This document shows, piece by piece, positions 9,997 to 22,429 of a stretch of DNA of 37,032 bases. This stretch comes from Octopus bimaculoides. Lineage: Eukaryota. The stretch is from positions 76,143,211 to 76,180,242 of the forward strand of contig NC_068989.1 in the NCBI RefSeq assembly GCF_001194135.2, written 5' to 3'. Position 1 is the stretch's first letter, and every line of letters starts with the position of its first letter. The notes beneath the pieces were generated by a model. It was not told the DNA's origin. It was given only the letters and a program-made list of their open reading frames with translations, and did not search any database. Position numbers and translations under genes: made by a program.

Positions 9997-10909
9997 GTGT
10001 AGGCGTGACTATGTGGTGAGAAACGTGTTTCCCAACCACATGGTTCAGGGTTCATTCGTACTACGTGGCACATCGGGCAAGTGTCTTCTATTTTAATCCT
10101 NNNNNNNNNNNNNNNNNNNNNNNNNNNNNNNNNNNNNNNNNNNNNNNNNNNNNNNNNNNNNNNNNNNNNNNNNNNNNNNNNNNNNNNNNNNNNNNNNNNN
10201 NNNNNNNNNNNNNNNNNNNNNNNNNNNNNNNNNNNNNNNNNNNNNNNNNNNNNNNNNNNNNNNNNNNNNNNNNNNNNNNNNNNNNNNNNNNNNNNNNNNN
10301 NNNNNNNNNNNNNNNNNNNNNNNNNNNNNNNNNNNNNNNNNNNNNNNNNNNNNNNNNNNNNNNNNNNNNNNNNNNNNNNNNNNNNNNNNNNNNNNNNNNN
10401 NNNNNNNNNNNNNNNNNNNNNNNNNNNNNNNNNNNNNNNNNNNNNNNNNNNNNNNNNNNNNNNNNNNNNNNNNNNNNNNNNNNNNNNNNNNNNNNNNNNN
10501 NNNNNNNNNNNNNNNNNNNNNNNNNNNNNNNNNNNNNNNNNNNNNNNNNNNNNNNNNNNNNNNNNNNNNNNNNNNNNNNNNNNNNNNNNNNNNNNNNNNN
10601 NNNNNNNNNNNNNNNNNNNNNNNNNNNNNNNNNNNNNNNNNNNNNNNNNNNNNNNNNNNNNNNNNNNNNNNNNNNNNNNNNNNNNNNNNNNNNNNNNNNN
10701 NNNNNNNNNNNNNNNNNNNNNNNNNNNNNNNNNNNNNNNNNNNNNNNNNNNNNNNNNNNNNNNNNNNNNNNNNNNNNNNNNNNNNNNNNNNNNNNNNNNN
10801 NNNNNNNNNNNNNNNNNNNNNNNNNNNNNNNNNNNNNNNNNNNNNNNNNNNNNNNNNNNNNNNNNNNNNNNNNNNNNNNNNNNNNNNNNNNNNNNNNNNN
10901 NNNNNNNNN

Positions 10910-10982
<73 letters not shown>

Positions 10983-11504
10983 CATATAATATATATATAT
11001 ATAAATATGATATATGTATATATATAATATATAATATGTATATATATATATATTATATATATATAATATATATATAATACGTATATATATATATATATAA
11101 TATATATACATATATATATATATATATGCATATATATATATATTTGTATATGTATATATGTATGTATAATATCTATACGTGTACACATACACACACACAT
11201 ATAAATATGTACGTATGTATGTATGTATGAATGTATTATGTATGGATATAGATAGATATGTGTATATCTATGCATATGTGTCTTTGTGCATGTGTTTGTC
11301 TCCCACGAGCGCTTGACAGCCAGTGTTGCTTTATCTACGACCCCCGTAACCCTAGCGGTTCGGCAAAGGAAAACGATAGAATAAAAACCAGGCTTTACAA
11401 AACGAAAAGTAAAAAAATATGTACTAGGGTCAATTTGTTCGACTAATCTCTTCAAGGCAGTGCTTCAGTATGACCACAGTCCATTGATTGGAACAAGTAA
11501 AAAA
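9997..11504 (+). mobile_element. tRNA-derived SINE, family 3, split by an expanded internal (TA/TG)n tract and a gap
   Basis: Head 9997-10100 (ggcgtgactatgtggtgagaa...cagggttcattc...gggcaagtgtcttcta). Tail 11275-11504 (gcttgacagcc...cgtaaccctagcggttcggcaaag...ggtcaatttgttcgactaa...aacaagtaaaa). The same order is seen in the partial copy at 12005-12242. Linking head and tail across the gap is an inference. Confidence 0.7.
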
Positions 11505-12004
11505 CTTAAAATAAAGCTCGATTGTCTGCTGACATGAATGTTTATGCCTGTAATGATTTGTGAATATTGCATGCACAATAGCACATAATATAATCGTGTT
11601 TGAAGAATTACCCGTTTTGCTTGTGGATATTTAAAGATATTTTCTCTGTGTAGAGGAAGAAAAAAAAACACAACAAAAGCAAAGCGTGTAACGAAGTTCT
11701 TTACTTGTCCTTTCAAACTTACCAAAAATAAGCCGACAAATTGACTGTTGGTCATTATCACTAGAAATGTGTTTTTACCTTTGACATATCGACGTAGGCT
11801 ATTGTTCAAAATAATGGCTAACTTGTTCTTTGTTTAAATCTATCTTAATTACCATCTTTTACGTTACAACATGGTATTTTCTTTTTAACTACCATCTCGA
11901 TTCAAGGCTAGAAAGAACAAGTGGACAATACATTTTGAAGCCGTACAGGTGTACAATATATTTAAAAGTCCAGTCATTCACTATAAGTCTCATATATTTT
12001 ACAT

Positions 12005-12242
12005 TAGGCTTCCACGCGGCACCATAAGCAAGTGTCTAATACTATAGTCTCGGTTCACTCAACCAGTGTCTTGTGAATTTGGTAGATGGAAACCCGTCGA
12101 GTTTATATATGTGTGTGTGTATGTGTGTGCGTGTGTGTTTGTATGTATGTGCATGTGCGTTTTATTGTCTGTTTGTCCACTCCTGCCACCACTTGACAAC
12201 CAGTGTTAGTTTGCTTACGCCCCCGTGATTTAGGGGTTCTCA
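12005..12242 (+). mobile_element. Partial SINE family 3 copy with a short internal (TG)n
   Basis: gcaagtgtct...gaatttggtagatggaaac...(TG)n...acttgacaaccagtgttagtttgcttacgcccccgtgatttag. Confidence 0.75.
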
Positions 12243-12319
12243 GGGAAGAGAAGAAAAGGGGAGAGAGAGAAAGCGAGAGAGAGAGGGTGAGAGAGAGAGA
12301 GAGAGAGTTCTGTGTGATT

Positions 12320-13569
12320 TAGTTGAAATAATGAAAACACCTTGTTTCTTGTTCAATGGAAATTTATTATTTAATACGAAGTTGGCTTTCCTCTGTCATC
12401 AATTACAACACACCTTTAATACGTCGAGGATTCACTCGTGCAGGTTCTTAAGGTTTCTCAAAGTAATTTTAAGTAATTTTAAGTAATTCCTCGAAGAAAA
12501 ATCTACTTTAGTTCGTCCAGCGATGATGATATTTGTAATATTAAAAGCGAAGCAGCTCCTCACTTTCTACTCCAAAATGTACAATAAATCCTCGATTTTA
12601 TTGAGGTCCGGTGATTGTTGGGTGGCGGGGAAGGGGCTTTCAAATGCTCTACTTCTCTTTTGTGTTCTTCATACCAATAGTAGTAGTCATGGAAGTCGAT
12701 GCATTATCGTTCTGGAAGATTGTGCTACCACCAGGGAACAATGTTTGTACCATTGGATGAATATGATTAGCCAAAATACTCACATCATCCATGTCGTTAA
12801 TTCTGCTTTGTAGAAGAACTAAAGAACCGGAAGAGTTCAATGATATGGCTGTCCAAATCATCACAGAACCTCGTTTTCGATCAGACAGTCAGAATCGAAA
12901 GCTTCGTCGTGCTCTTTCCAGATATAAGGTCACCCTGAAGTGGAAGGGAAAAGGTGTGAATGAATATTTGTCAAAGAAGACGACATTGCTTCATTTAGCC
13001 ATTGAACACTTCTGGTAGCCTAGACACCAATTTTTCTGCTTGTCAATGTCGATGGGGAGCAGGAAAAATTTAGCAATTTCAGTTTTCCCAAGGTATCCAG
13101 CTTTATGGAACTCACGACAAACGGTTTTGATTGACACAGAATTGACAAGCTAGTTGTTAAGTTCTGTCATTTTTGCTGCTGTAATTCGATGGTTTTTAGA
13201 CATAATTTGTTTCATAATTCTGTGATGCCTCTCTGTAAGGTTTGCCTTCCGTCTAGAATTATGCTTGTCAAAGTTGGTTTTACTGTGGTTTTGTTCTCCC
13301 GACATGATTTTTGAGACTGTAGTTGTCAGTCCTTCAACAAATTGTCCTCTTCAGAAATCAGATAAGACACGCATTTTTAATATAAAATATCTGCAAAAAA
13401 GGAAAACAGAAGGCTATATCATGAAGTACTTGGCATACATTCACATGAACACATATACACATACGCACGCGCGCACACACACGTGGAGTAGTTTTGAATT
13501 TGTCATATTGTCAATAGAAAAAAAAATAGTTAAATAAAAATGGGTGCTTCCATTATTTTGTGTAACCTG
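12320..13569 (-). mobile_element. Decayed full-length Tc1-family DNA transposon (about 1.25 kb)
   Basis: Degenerate inverted termini aaataatgaaaacacc (12326-12341) and ggtgcttccattatttt (13543-13559) flank a transposase pseudogene. Confidence 0.85.
12371..13374 (-). pseudogene. Tc1-like transposase pseudogene
   Basis: Recognisable blocks: MRVLSDF*RGQFV; KHNSRRKANLTERHHR; SVSIKTVCREFHKAG; VVFFDKYSF (first D); GSVMIWTAIS; HIHPMVQTLFPGGSTIFQNDNA (second D); QSPDLNKIE (E); IPRRIKGVL; GKPTSY*. Multiple stops and frameshifts. Confidence 0.9.
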
Positions 13570-13658
13570 GGCTCCTCCCCATATATAACCTGTATGCCCA
13601 ATTCTACATGCTCGCCGCCTTGTACATTTATAATATTAAAAAAAAACAGCGAGAAGAA

Positions 13659-13891
13659 GGCGGCGAGCTGGCAGAAACGTTAGCACCCCGGGCGAAATGC
13701 TTAACGGTATTTCGTCTGCCGTTACGTTCTGAGTTCAAATTTCGCCGAGGTCGACTTTGCCTTTTATCCTTTCGGGGTCGATTAAATAAGCACCAGTTAC
13801 GCACTGGGGTCGATGTAATCGACTTAATGCCTTTGTCTGTCCTTGTTTGTCCCCTCTATGTTTAGCCCCCCCCCCCGTGGCAATAAAGAAA
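13659..13891 (+). mobile_element. Near-intact SINE family 1 copy with a Tx1-type tail and probable target-site duplication
   Basis: A/B boxes intact, ends in gcaataaagaaa. Flanked by aatatt(a)9ca (13632-13648) and aatatt(a)7ca (13894-13908). Confidence 0.88.
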
Positions 13892-14429
13892 CGAATATTA
13901 AAAAAACATATTTGTAAAATCTTTTGTGTTCCTTTCTTGTCATCCGTTTGCACACTCACACACGCACGCAGGAACGCGCGCACACACAATCACAAACACA
14001 CATACACATACACACATATTCCCTCCCCTCTCTACATAACACTCTAGCACACACACACTCACGCACGCACGCACGGGCCAGTGTTGAGGTTTTTTGTGAG
14101 TCTACTTTGTAATTACTACTATTTTATAACTAGAAACCCAAGTATGACGTATGAAAGAAAACACAAAGAAAAAGAATACAATAGTGTCTGGAATACTGGA
14201 ATGTAATGACTATCTACAACTAAGTTTCTTTAACTAGTACCCGCAGGTCTAACACAGATAATAGTTGCATAATTGTACTCTCTTTCCCTACCTTCCTCTC
14301 TCTCTCATCCTCTCTGTCTGTGTTTATGTGTCTTTATCAGTCTGTATATCTATTACGCAACGTCTGATTTTTCAGTTATAATTCAAGGACGCTTTATATG
14401 AATATATGAATATTAAATCAATTCAGCTA

Positions 14430-14572
14430 CCTGAATGGTACTTTATAGTATCGACTACAGTTCGATGAACACCAAAGTTGACCTCGGCAGGAGTTAAACT
14501 CAGAATGTAAAACGGTCCTAATTGAAGAGCGTGGGCGTTTGGCCTGACGCTATGACGATTCTGTCAACTATT
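14430..14572 (-). mobile_element. Decayed SINE family 1 copy
   Basis: aaagttgacctcggcaggagttaaactcagaatgtaaa is the reverse complement of the family 1 B-box/body. Confidence 0.6.
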
Positions 14573-16629
14573 TAGCAATTTCTTTTTACTGAGTTATTTC
14601 TTCAAAATAAAGCAATGAGTTATAAAAGCTAATAATGCGAAAATTAAAAAAAATTGAAGATATGAAAACTTAGCGAACAGACGCAGGAGCGTACAGTTTT
14701 TCTTCTTCAATAATTTTTAAAAATGGGGTTAAATAAACATGGTCTGCCGAATTGCATGTTTGGTAAGAAAGTATTAGTAATTATGTTGGATGACTTGTAG
14801 CCCATAATTACTNNNNNNNNNNNNNNNNNNNNNNNNNNNNNNNNNNNNNNNNNNNNNNNNNNNNNNNNNNNNNNNNNNNNNNNNNNNNNNNNNNNNNNNN
14901 NNNNNNNNNNNNNNNNNNNNNNNNNNNNNNNNNNNNNNNNNNNNNNNNNNNNNNNNNNNNNNNNNNNNNNNNNNNNNNNNNNNNNNNNNNNNNNNNNNNN
15001 NNNNNNNNNNNNNNNNNNNNNNNNNNNNNNNNNNNNNNNNNNNNNNNNNNNNNNNNNNNNNNNNNNNNNNNNNNNNNNNNNNNNNNNNNNNNNNNNNNNN
15101 NNNNNNNNNNNNNNNNNNNNNNNNNNNNNNNNNNNNNNNNNNNNNNNNNNNNNNNNNNNNNNNNNNNNNNNNNNNNNNNNNNNNNNNNNNNNNNNNNNNN
15201 NNNNNNNNNNNNNNNNNNNNNNNNNNNNNNNNNNNNNNNNNNNNNNNNNNNNNNNNNNNNNNNNNNNNNNNNNNNNNNNNNNNNNNNNNNNNNNNNNNNN
15301 NNNNNNNNNNNNNNNNNNNNNNNNNNNNNNNNNNNNNNNNNNNNNNNNNNNNNNNNNNNNNNNNNNNNNNNNNNNNNNNNNNNNNNNNNNNNNNNNNNNN
15401 NNNNNNNNNNNNNNNNNNNNNNNNNNNNNNNNNNNNNNNNNNNNNNNNNNNNNNNNNNNNNNNNNNNNNNNNNNNNNNNNNNNNNNNNNNNNNNNNNNNN
15501 NNNNNNNNNNNNNNNNNNNNNNNNNNNNNNNNNNNNNNNNNNNNNNNNNNNNNNNNNNNNNNNNNNNNNNNNNNNNNNNNNNNNNNNNATATATATATAT
15601 ATACATGTATGTATGTGTATATATGTAATTATATATAAATTCAAGTGCTCATGATATAAGCGCAAACTATATGCATATATAAATCCTAACATTAAATCAT
15701 ACAATTTAATGTGAAATTCATAACATAAACACACGCACACACAAACATACATATAGATATATATATGTGGGCGTGTGTGTGTATTGTTGACTATTATATG
15801 ATAATGAAAAGAATTTACCATTAAATTGAATGACAACTGAATACATCTGGTGGAGTAGAAAGTTATTTTTGAACAAGAATAGTATTGACACTGTCAATAT
15901 TATTCTTATATATATGTATAAGAAAATACAGGTATGCGTATGTATGTGTACTTGTATGTGTATATCTATGTATGAATGTGTGTATGTATGCATGTATGCA
16001 TGCGTGTATGTATGCATGTGTGTATGTATGTATGTATGTATGTATACATAGATATATTGGCAATTGTGGCTAATCTATGAATTTTCTTATTTTCTTGACT
16101 AAATCTCTATGATTTTATTGAACGATATTTCCTGAAAGTTTTTTGGATAATGAACAGTGCCTTCTTATGTTATGGACAGCTGTACAGTTGGCTGGGGATC
16201 CCACAAATCTGGGGGTCAATACTAATTTACGTATGATGTAACTGGCTATCAATAAATAAACGTTACAGCCTCCAGTACATTGCTGTGAACAGGAGCTGCT
16301 GGAACAACTCTGTGCATGTGTCGCGTAAAATGACAAAAAAGAGGTAACGCGATGAATAAATAGCGTTACAATCTTCTTTCTTTAGTGAATACTGTAGTTC
16401 TCGTTGTCTACGAATCTATTTTATTTTTTCCCAAAATAACTATAGAAAACTTACGGTGCATCTTAGATTGTGAAGGTTATGTTTTTGTAAACCAATTTTG
16501 TGGGTTTTCTGTGTAAAACCAAATGCGTCGTCATTATGCAAAAGTATTTGTAGAAATGTTGACTTATACTGAAGCAGAACGTATTATTCCTACATCGTGT
16601 TAACACTAATACATCAATAATTAATTGCC

Positions 16630-16713
16630 CCTGTCTATCTGTCTATCTGTCTATCTGTCTATCTGTCTCTTTCTGTCTGGCTGTGTTAGTATGGAAATAT
16701 ATGTATATATAGA

Positions 16714-16762
<49 letters not shown>

Positions 16763-16970
16763 TGACACCCCACAAACCCATACTCTGTGTTTCGACATTG
16801 AATAGACATGCATTAGACAACACATGTGCCCACACACATGTACCTATACATACACACGTACATGCAAACACACACACACACACATACTTTGACGGCAAAG
16901 TACATGTATATGCATATCTATGTGCATGTTGGTCCGTGTATATAGAAAGATAGAAGGATAAATGGCTAAA

Positions 16971-17003
<33 letters not shown>

Positions 17004-17120
17004 GAGAGATAGAGTAGGAAAGATACAAATAGAGAGAGAAAGATATATGTATACATACATACACATATATATATATACATATCTATAGATATACACATAT
17101 GGGGAGGGAGAGAGAGCGAA
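16630..17120. repeat. Compound microsatellite block (TCTA, TG, CA, GA, TA)
   Basis: Direct reading. Confidence 0.92.
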
Positions 17121-17699
17121 TCAATGATGCAGAATAAGTGGATGAAAAGAAGACTGTGTGAGAGACGTGAATTGTTAAAAATGTAAAGAAAATTTCGTTG
17201 CTCTTTATTTCACTAATGGTTCATGTAATATTATTAAAACAATTCTTAAATCTTAAAAAGAAACATTTATATAATCCTTATACAAGCATGCTCAAAAACA
17301 AATGAACACATACATAAATCCATAGGTACATACAAGCATATATACATACATATATACATGCATATATACATATATAAGAGATTCATAAATGCGTTGATGC
17401 GTTGATTTTTATAATTATATGAATTCATGATAATTATGCTCAGCAGACGTTAAAATGTTCTTAAAAAGAAAAGTGAAAGGAAATCTGTCAATCTAATGAG
17501 AGATCCCTGAATATGCATAAGATTCCAGAAGTTCAGTGTGTGTATGTGAGTGTGTGTACTACATCGAGTGAAAAGTATCTTCAGATTTTCATTGATGGCT
17601 TTTGGCAACTCATATCTTCACGTTATATTATTAATTTGATGAAACTTGTCCAGTCGTAGCTAAATTATTTATTCTTTATTTTCATATCTAACATATGAA

Positions 17700-18335
17700 T
17701 ATAGTTTATGCTTTATTTTACAGCTTTCGTAATAAGTGGTGAAAAAATTCCAATCAGAACCATTTTATGTTTCCTGTAAATATGTTTATGTTATTCTTTA
17801 GCAAAAGACACACAACAGTTCAATAATGCCAAAATCTCATAATGCAAACCCAGCTAGGTAACGGATATCCGTTCCTGTTTTTTTATGGTAATAAAGGAAT
17901 CCATAATTATCTATAACAAGAAACCACTTGTCTTAATTCAAACCGGATTAGATTTTCTTGATAAGAGAACTGGCAGCTGAATGTTTTTCCAGTGTTTAAT
18001 TGATCGTACAATAGAATCGATGTATGTCGCAATAAAATACTAAAACGGTATCCAACTTGCTATGTTGTAGTAAAAAAAAAAAAAAATCCCCAGCAAACTT
18101 CAAAATGTGTCATCCTTCATGTATTCACACATAAATCTATAATAAATTATTTTGTGCATACACATATTGACATATCACCTTGACACAAGGCGCTAGGAAT
18201 ATATTATTTCGATTGAGTCAACACCAATAGAAATCTGGATTATCATTTTATCTACTATGCAGAGATACAAACCAAGACGAAAGTAAATAAATACTATAAC
18301 TCATTCAATTCAGTGATACGACAGCAATACGGCAT
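17700..18335 (+). repeat. Old ~600-bp direct repeat, copy 1
   Basis: Collinear anchors with copy 2 at an offset of about 1.58 kb: ccataattatct, ttgtcttaa, aaaccggattagattt (17940 vs 19517), ttccagtgtttaattgat, acaatagaatc, acttcaaaat, ttttatct. Boundaries approximate. Confidence 0.8.
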
Positions 18336-19314
18336 TTGTACAGATGTAAATTAGAATCATTTCGAAAATATGTATAATAATTTTCGTGTTACATTTCTTG
18401 TGAGATCATTTGACATTCATAAACTTTTACTGGTTCTGATCCCGACATATTACTAGTAACAATTTATGATTAATTTGTATTTATATTTATGGTATAGTTG
18501 TATAAAAATCATAGAAGACTTAGTCTTTACTCGCGAGTATGATACGATAGGATGTACCACGCTTTCACTAATTGTTTTTTCGTGTGTATGTAGTCGCGAG
18601 CAAGCACAAAATCCCTCTCGGAGGAATGTATAGAATATTCTGATCAGTAAAAGAAAACAAGAAGTATATGTTGGATTTTAACTTAGCAGCAGATTGTGAT
18701 ATATAGTGAATAGTTTACGAACAGTTTACAGCACAGGATACACTTCTTCAACTGGCGACTGGGGATCGCAACAATTTTGGTACTTCCGGCAGTATCGCTT
18801 CGTCCTGCAGTATGAAGCATTACTGATGCCCCGAATAAATACCCGAGTTCTTTCGGGATAGCTTGTAGTACGCATTTCTCCACCCTACCCCCCTCCCACC
18901 ACATACAAGCGCGTACGCAGAAGTATGAATGCACAAAGAGAAAGAGTGAAAGAGTGAGAGAGAGAGAGAAAGAGAGTGAGAGAGTAAGGAGAGAGACGTT
19001 ACAATTTATTTATTAAACATAATATAAATACTTTCCCTCTATACATAAATATAAAGAGAAACATGTTCGCACACATTAACAAAGAAAGAGAGGAAGGCAA
19101 AGAAAGAGGGAGAGGGGGAGAAAGAGAAGAGAGGGAGGGAGCCAAAGAGAGCAATATGAAATATCTGATGTCAAATAAGTCAACATCGAAATAGCAACAT
19201 CAAATAAGCAGCGCCAAAACGGTTGTGCCAAAACATCTCATAGCCTTTATTCCACTTGAAGAGACATTGTGCTGAAACTAGCAGTTCTATCACTTATGTA
19301 TATTATAGGCAATA

Positions 19315-19895
19315 CATAATTTATGCCGTATACAATCTCTGATAATGATTTTGTTTGTTAATTTGTTTACATTGTCCTTTAACTAAAAGCACCCTATAGT
19401 TTAATTATACTAAAAGTTCAACACAAATCTAGTTTGGCAACGGATAACAGTTCTCGTTTTTAAAGTAATAAAGTAAACCATAATTATCTTCAACAACAAG
19501 CCATTTGTCTTAACACAAACCGGATTAGATTTCCGTGATAAGAGAATTCAAAAATGAATGTTTCTTTCCAGTGTTTAATTGATTTTACAATAGAATCAAT
19601 TTTGAAGTTTGTCAAAATGAATGTATGTCATAGTTAAAATGTCAGTTGAGAAACTAACTTTCTGTGTGAAAAAATACACAACAGACTTCAAAATTTGTTT
19701 TCAATTTGTCTTGCCTCAAGTATTTACTCACACATAAATAATTTCGTACCTGTAAATATTGATATATTACATTGACATAAGGCAACAGAGATATATACTT
19801 TTGACTGAAAGCCGAGATTATTATTTTATCTGCACATACAGACTCACTATTTGATAGGTATTTATGTAGTTACAGTACATACCACAATAAGGCAG
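19315..19895 (+). repeat. Old ~600-bp direct repeat, copy 2
   Basis: See copy 1. Confidence 0.8.
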
Positions 19896-19934
19896 CCGAC
19901 TGACAGAGTCTCTGGAACGTTGCGTATCCGAGTG

Positions 19935-20320
19935 GGATCTTTCTGATTTGGCGGACACCATTTTTATTTAGTGTTTATTTAGTGTGTTTCCTACCGAAAT
20001 ACTTTAAAACTTCGTATACTTGTATATTTTGTCTTATAGAACAGAGAAAAACTTTTATATTCGAAGTTATTTCATGTTAAAAGTTGTCGTATTTCGGTAA
20101 ATTCAACCAATCACTAACGTCTAGTGAGGTGAAAACAATTACTGCTGTGGAATGTAAACAACACGTTGTGACGGTGTAACGGGATCTTTTCCCTTGAATA
20201 AAACTTTTCTCAACAACACTAAGAGTAAAATATGTTTTATATAACACATTCTACCAGTGTCCCAAGTTTGAAAGTGTTTCGTTAAGAAAACAAGTGGTGT
20301 CCGCCAAATCAGAAAGATCC
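19935..20320. mobile_element. MITE with perfect 26-bp terminal inverted repeats
   Basis: ggatctttctgatttggcggacacca (19935-19960) and tggtgtccgccaaatcagaaagatcc (20295-20320), plus degenerate subterminal inverted arms (gaaatactttaaaactt vs aagtttgaaagtgtttc). No ORF. Superfamily undetermined. Confidence 0.9.
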
Positions 20321-21681
20321 GTAGAGTGTTTTGTTGTTCGTTTCAAATTCCACGGTAGTCAGTTTTTTTTTGTTTTTGAAATAGCTTGCGTTCTGCCATC
20401 TCGGAAGTCTGATGGCTTGATAAAATGAATGCTAAAGTTGGTTCTGATTCTCTCGCTCGATCTTGTTTCATTGGAAAGCACATTGTCTATAAAATGAATA
20501 GCAATAGACTGCAACTGCTGCCCTTTTGTAATGAACTTGACCTCTTTGTTACAAACACATTATTCTAGGAAACTCTAAAGGAATTTAAATGCATCTTGAT
20601 CCAAGGACTGACATTTAGTTAATTATGGAATCAACAGGAAACGTGATAAAATGCTCTTTTCATGCTTTTATATCATGCGACTTGTTGGTCATTGAATCAC
20701 TCTTTGTATTGCAGTAAAATATTCTTCAGCATTTTGGGTTAACAGCGACATCAAATACCAAAGCTTCTAGATATGTAAAAATGTCAAGTTATATTCAACG
20801 GTTGAATGAATGAAACTAAGAAACGTGGTGAGCTCAACAATAAATCAAATGCGATTCTGTCAGATGCGATAAATATCGCAGAAGAATGCATTTTTCGGGT
20901 GCTTTAAAGAAAATAACATACTCTGTTTCTTTTGAAATGTTTGACTTTCTTCATCGTATATGTGCATCAGGTTTGTTCATAGACTGAGAGCTCCCTGCAC
21001 ACAAGAAGTGGTATCTGAAAAAATGCCAAGAGAAAAAGGAAAACTTACTTTAAGTAAAAAAGATTAGAACAAAAGTCTTTTTGCTGTATGAAAGGGAAAC
21101 GATAGGCACAAATAACCATTGAGAATCAGATCACAGCAAATAAGAAGGACCTAGAGGCATTATATGACGATGTGAAGATTTATGGGTTCATTTCTCTTGA
21201 CTACTGATGGTACCATGCGGCTGACTTACGAAAACGAAATTTCACAGTCAGAAGGTGCACTTTAAAATTGTTTTAAATACTGATTCATAAATTAATTAAC
21301 GAGAATATTCTTCAATCAGTTCCACAGAAGCGGGAAATTATATAGCTTGTTTATAAACCTGAGTGGGTATACATTTGAAACCTACAGATATAGTGGGAAG
21401 AAATTGTGTCGTCAACTTTCTTTAATATATATAGAGCGACTAAAACTTTAAAAGGATATCATCATCAAATATCTATTAAAAAACGAATAGACATAGGATA
21501 GATAGCAAACTATGGAGAAAACAGTTACAATGTAAGAACAAATTTCTGTGTCCACGATATTGTCAGCAGTTTGTTCTGATCATATTGCTACATGGGAGAA
21601 TTGTGATTTTGTTTGAAAAATCTTTTGCCAGTTAGTCATTTCATCGGTGCCATAAAAAGCATCGAAACTGAAGGAGAAATT

Positions 21682-21704
21682 CATCGCCATCGTCGTCGTC
21701 GTCG

Positions 21705-21738
<34 letters not shown>

Positions 21739-21757
21739 TATCATCATCATCATCATC
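21682..21757. repeat. (TCG)n(TCA)n trinucleotide microsatellite
   Basis: Direct reading. It is the source of the poly-Asp ORF. Confidence 0.95.
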
Positions 21758-22429
21758 TATAGTTAAGGTTATAAATAAGCATGTATAGACAATTAATGTT
21801 ATGCATATGTACGTACACACACACACGCACACACATATACATGTCTATATACGAATATGTGTGTACAAGTACTTCATATAAAGCATCATAAATTCATTTT
21901 TCATGAGCCTATCCTTAAAGATCAATTGAACTAGGACTGAAACATAACGATTCACCTGTTTAACGGTTAAATTGTCCTTAATAATCTCCAACAAAAAACG
22001 TCTTCCTTGCTTCTAGTCTGACAAGTGACAAGTATTGTTTGGAAATAATAACCACAAATAAATCAACAACTTGCTTCTCGATATATCAATATATTTTGTT
22101 CTTTCCTTCTACTAAATCATTCATGAAGGATTTAAAAACTCAACCCTGGACTGAATGCTTTTGTGAATGTAACAAATCTTTCGACTATGATATATTAGTA
22201 AATATGATATTTTGGAGACAGAATGGAGACGTTTTTCATCTCTTACTGTAATTCAATAGCTTTTCTAATATTTTTGTGTAACTGAGTTCCTGATCAGCAA
22301 CACGTACTTGGAATTTAGACTTGAACAAACTAAAGGTTTTCGTGAGTTCTAGGACTCATAAAGTCGGAGATCAATCTGCTTCCCATAGAATCTTGGTGTA
22401 TAATATTATACTAAAATCCACTGAACAGG

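Noticed and set aside
14723-14762. Mini first exon MGLNKHGLPNCMF with good Kozak context and G/GTAAGA donor
   Set aside because: Only 40 nt. Such signal pairs arise by chance in 37 kb, and there is no homology support.
18738-18860. WYFRQYRFVLQYE resembling a TRP-box (WKFQRY)
   Set aside because: No preceding S6 helix and no other channel exons in the window. A short chance resemblance.
18790-18860. SECIS element, histone stem-loop or pre-miRNA
   Set aside because: The AUGA/GA quartet geometry and the histone consensus are not met, and the stems are too short for a pre-miRNA.
20560-21260. Possible pseudogene (e.g. TIENQITANKKDLEALYDDVKIYGF)
   Set aside because: Frames are short, repeatedly stopped and match no family I recognise.
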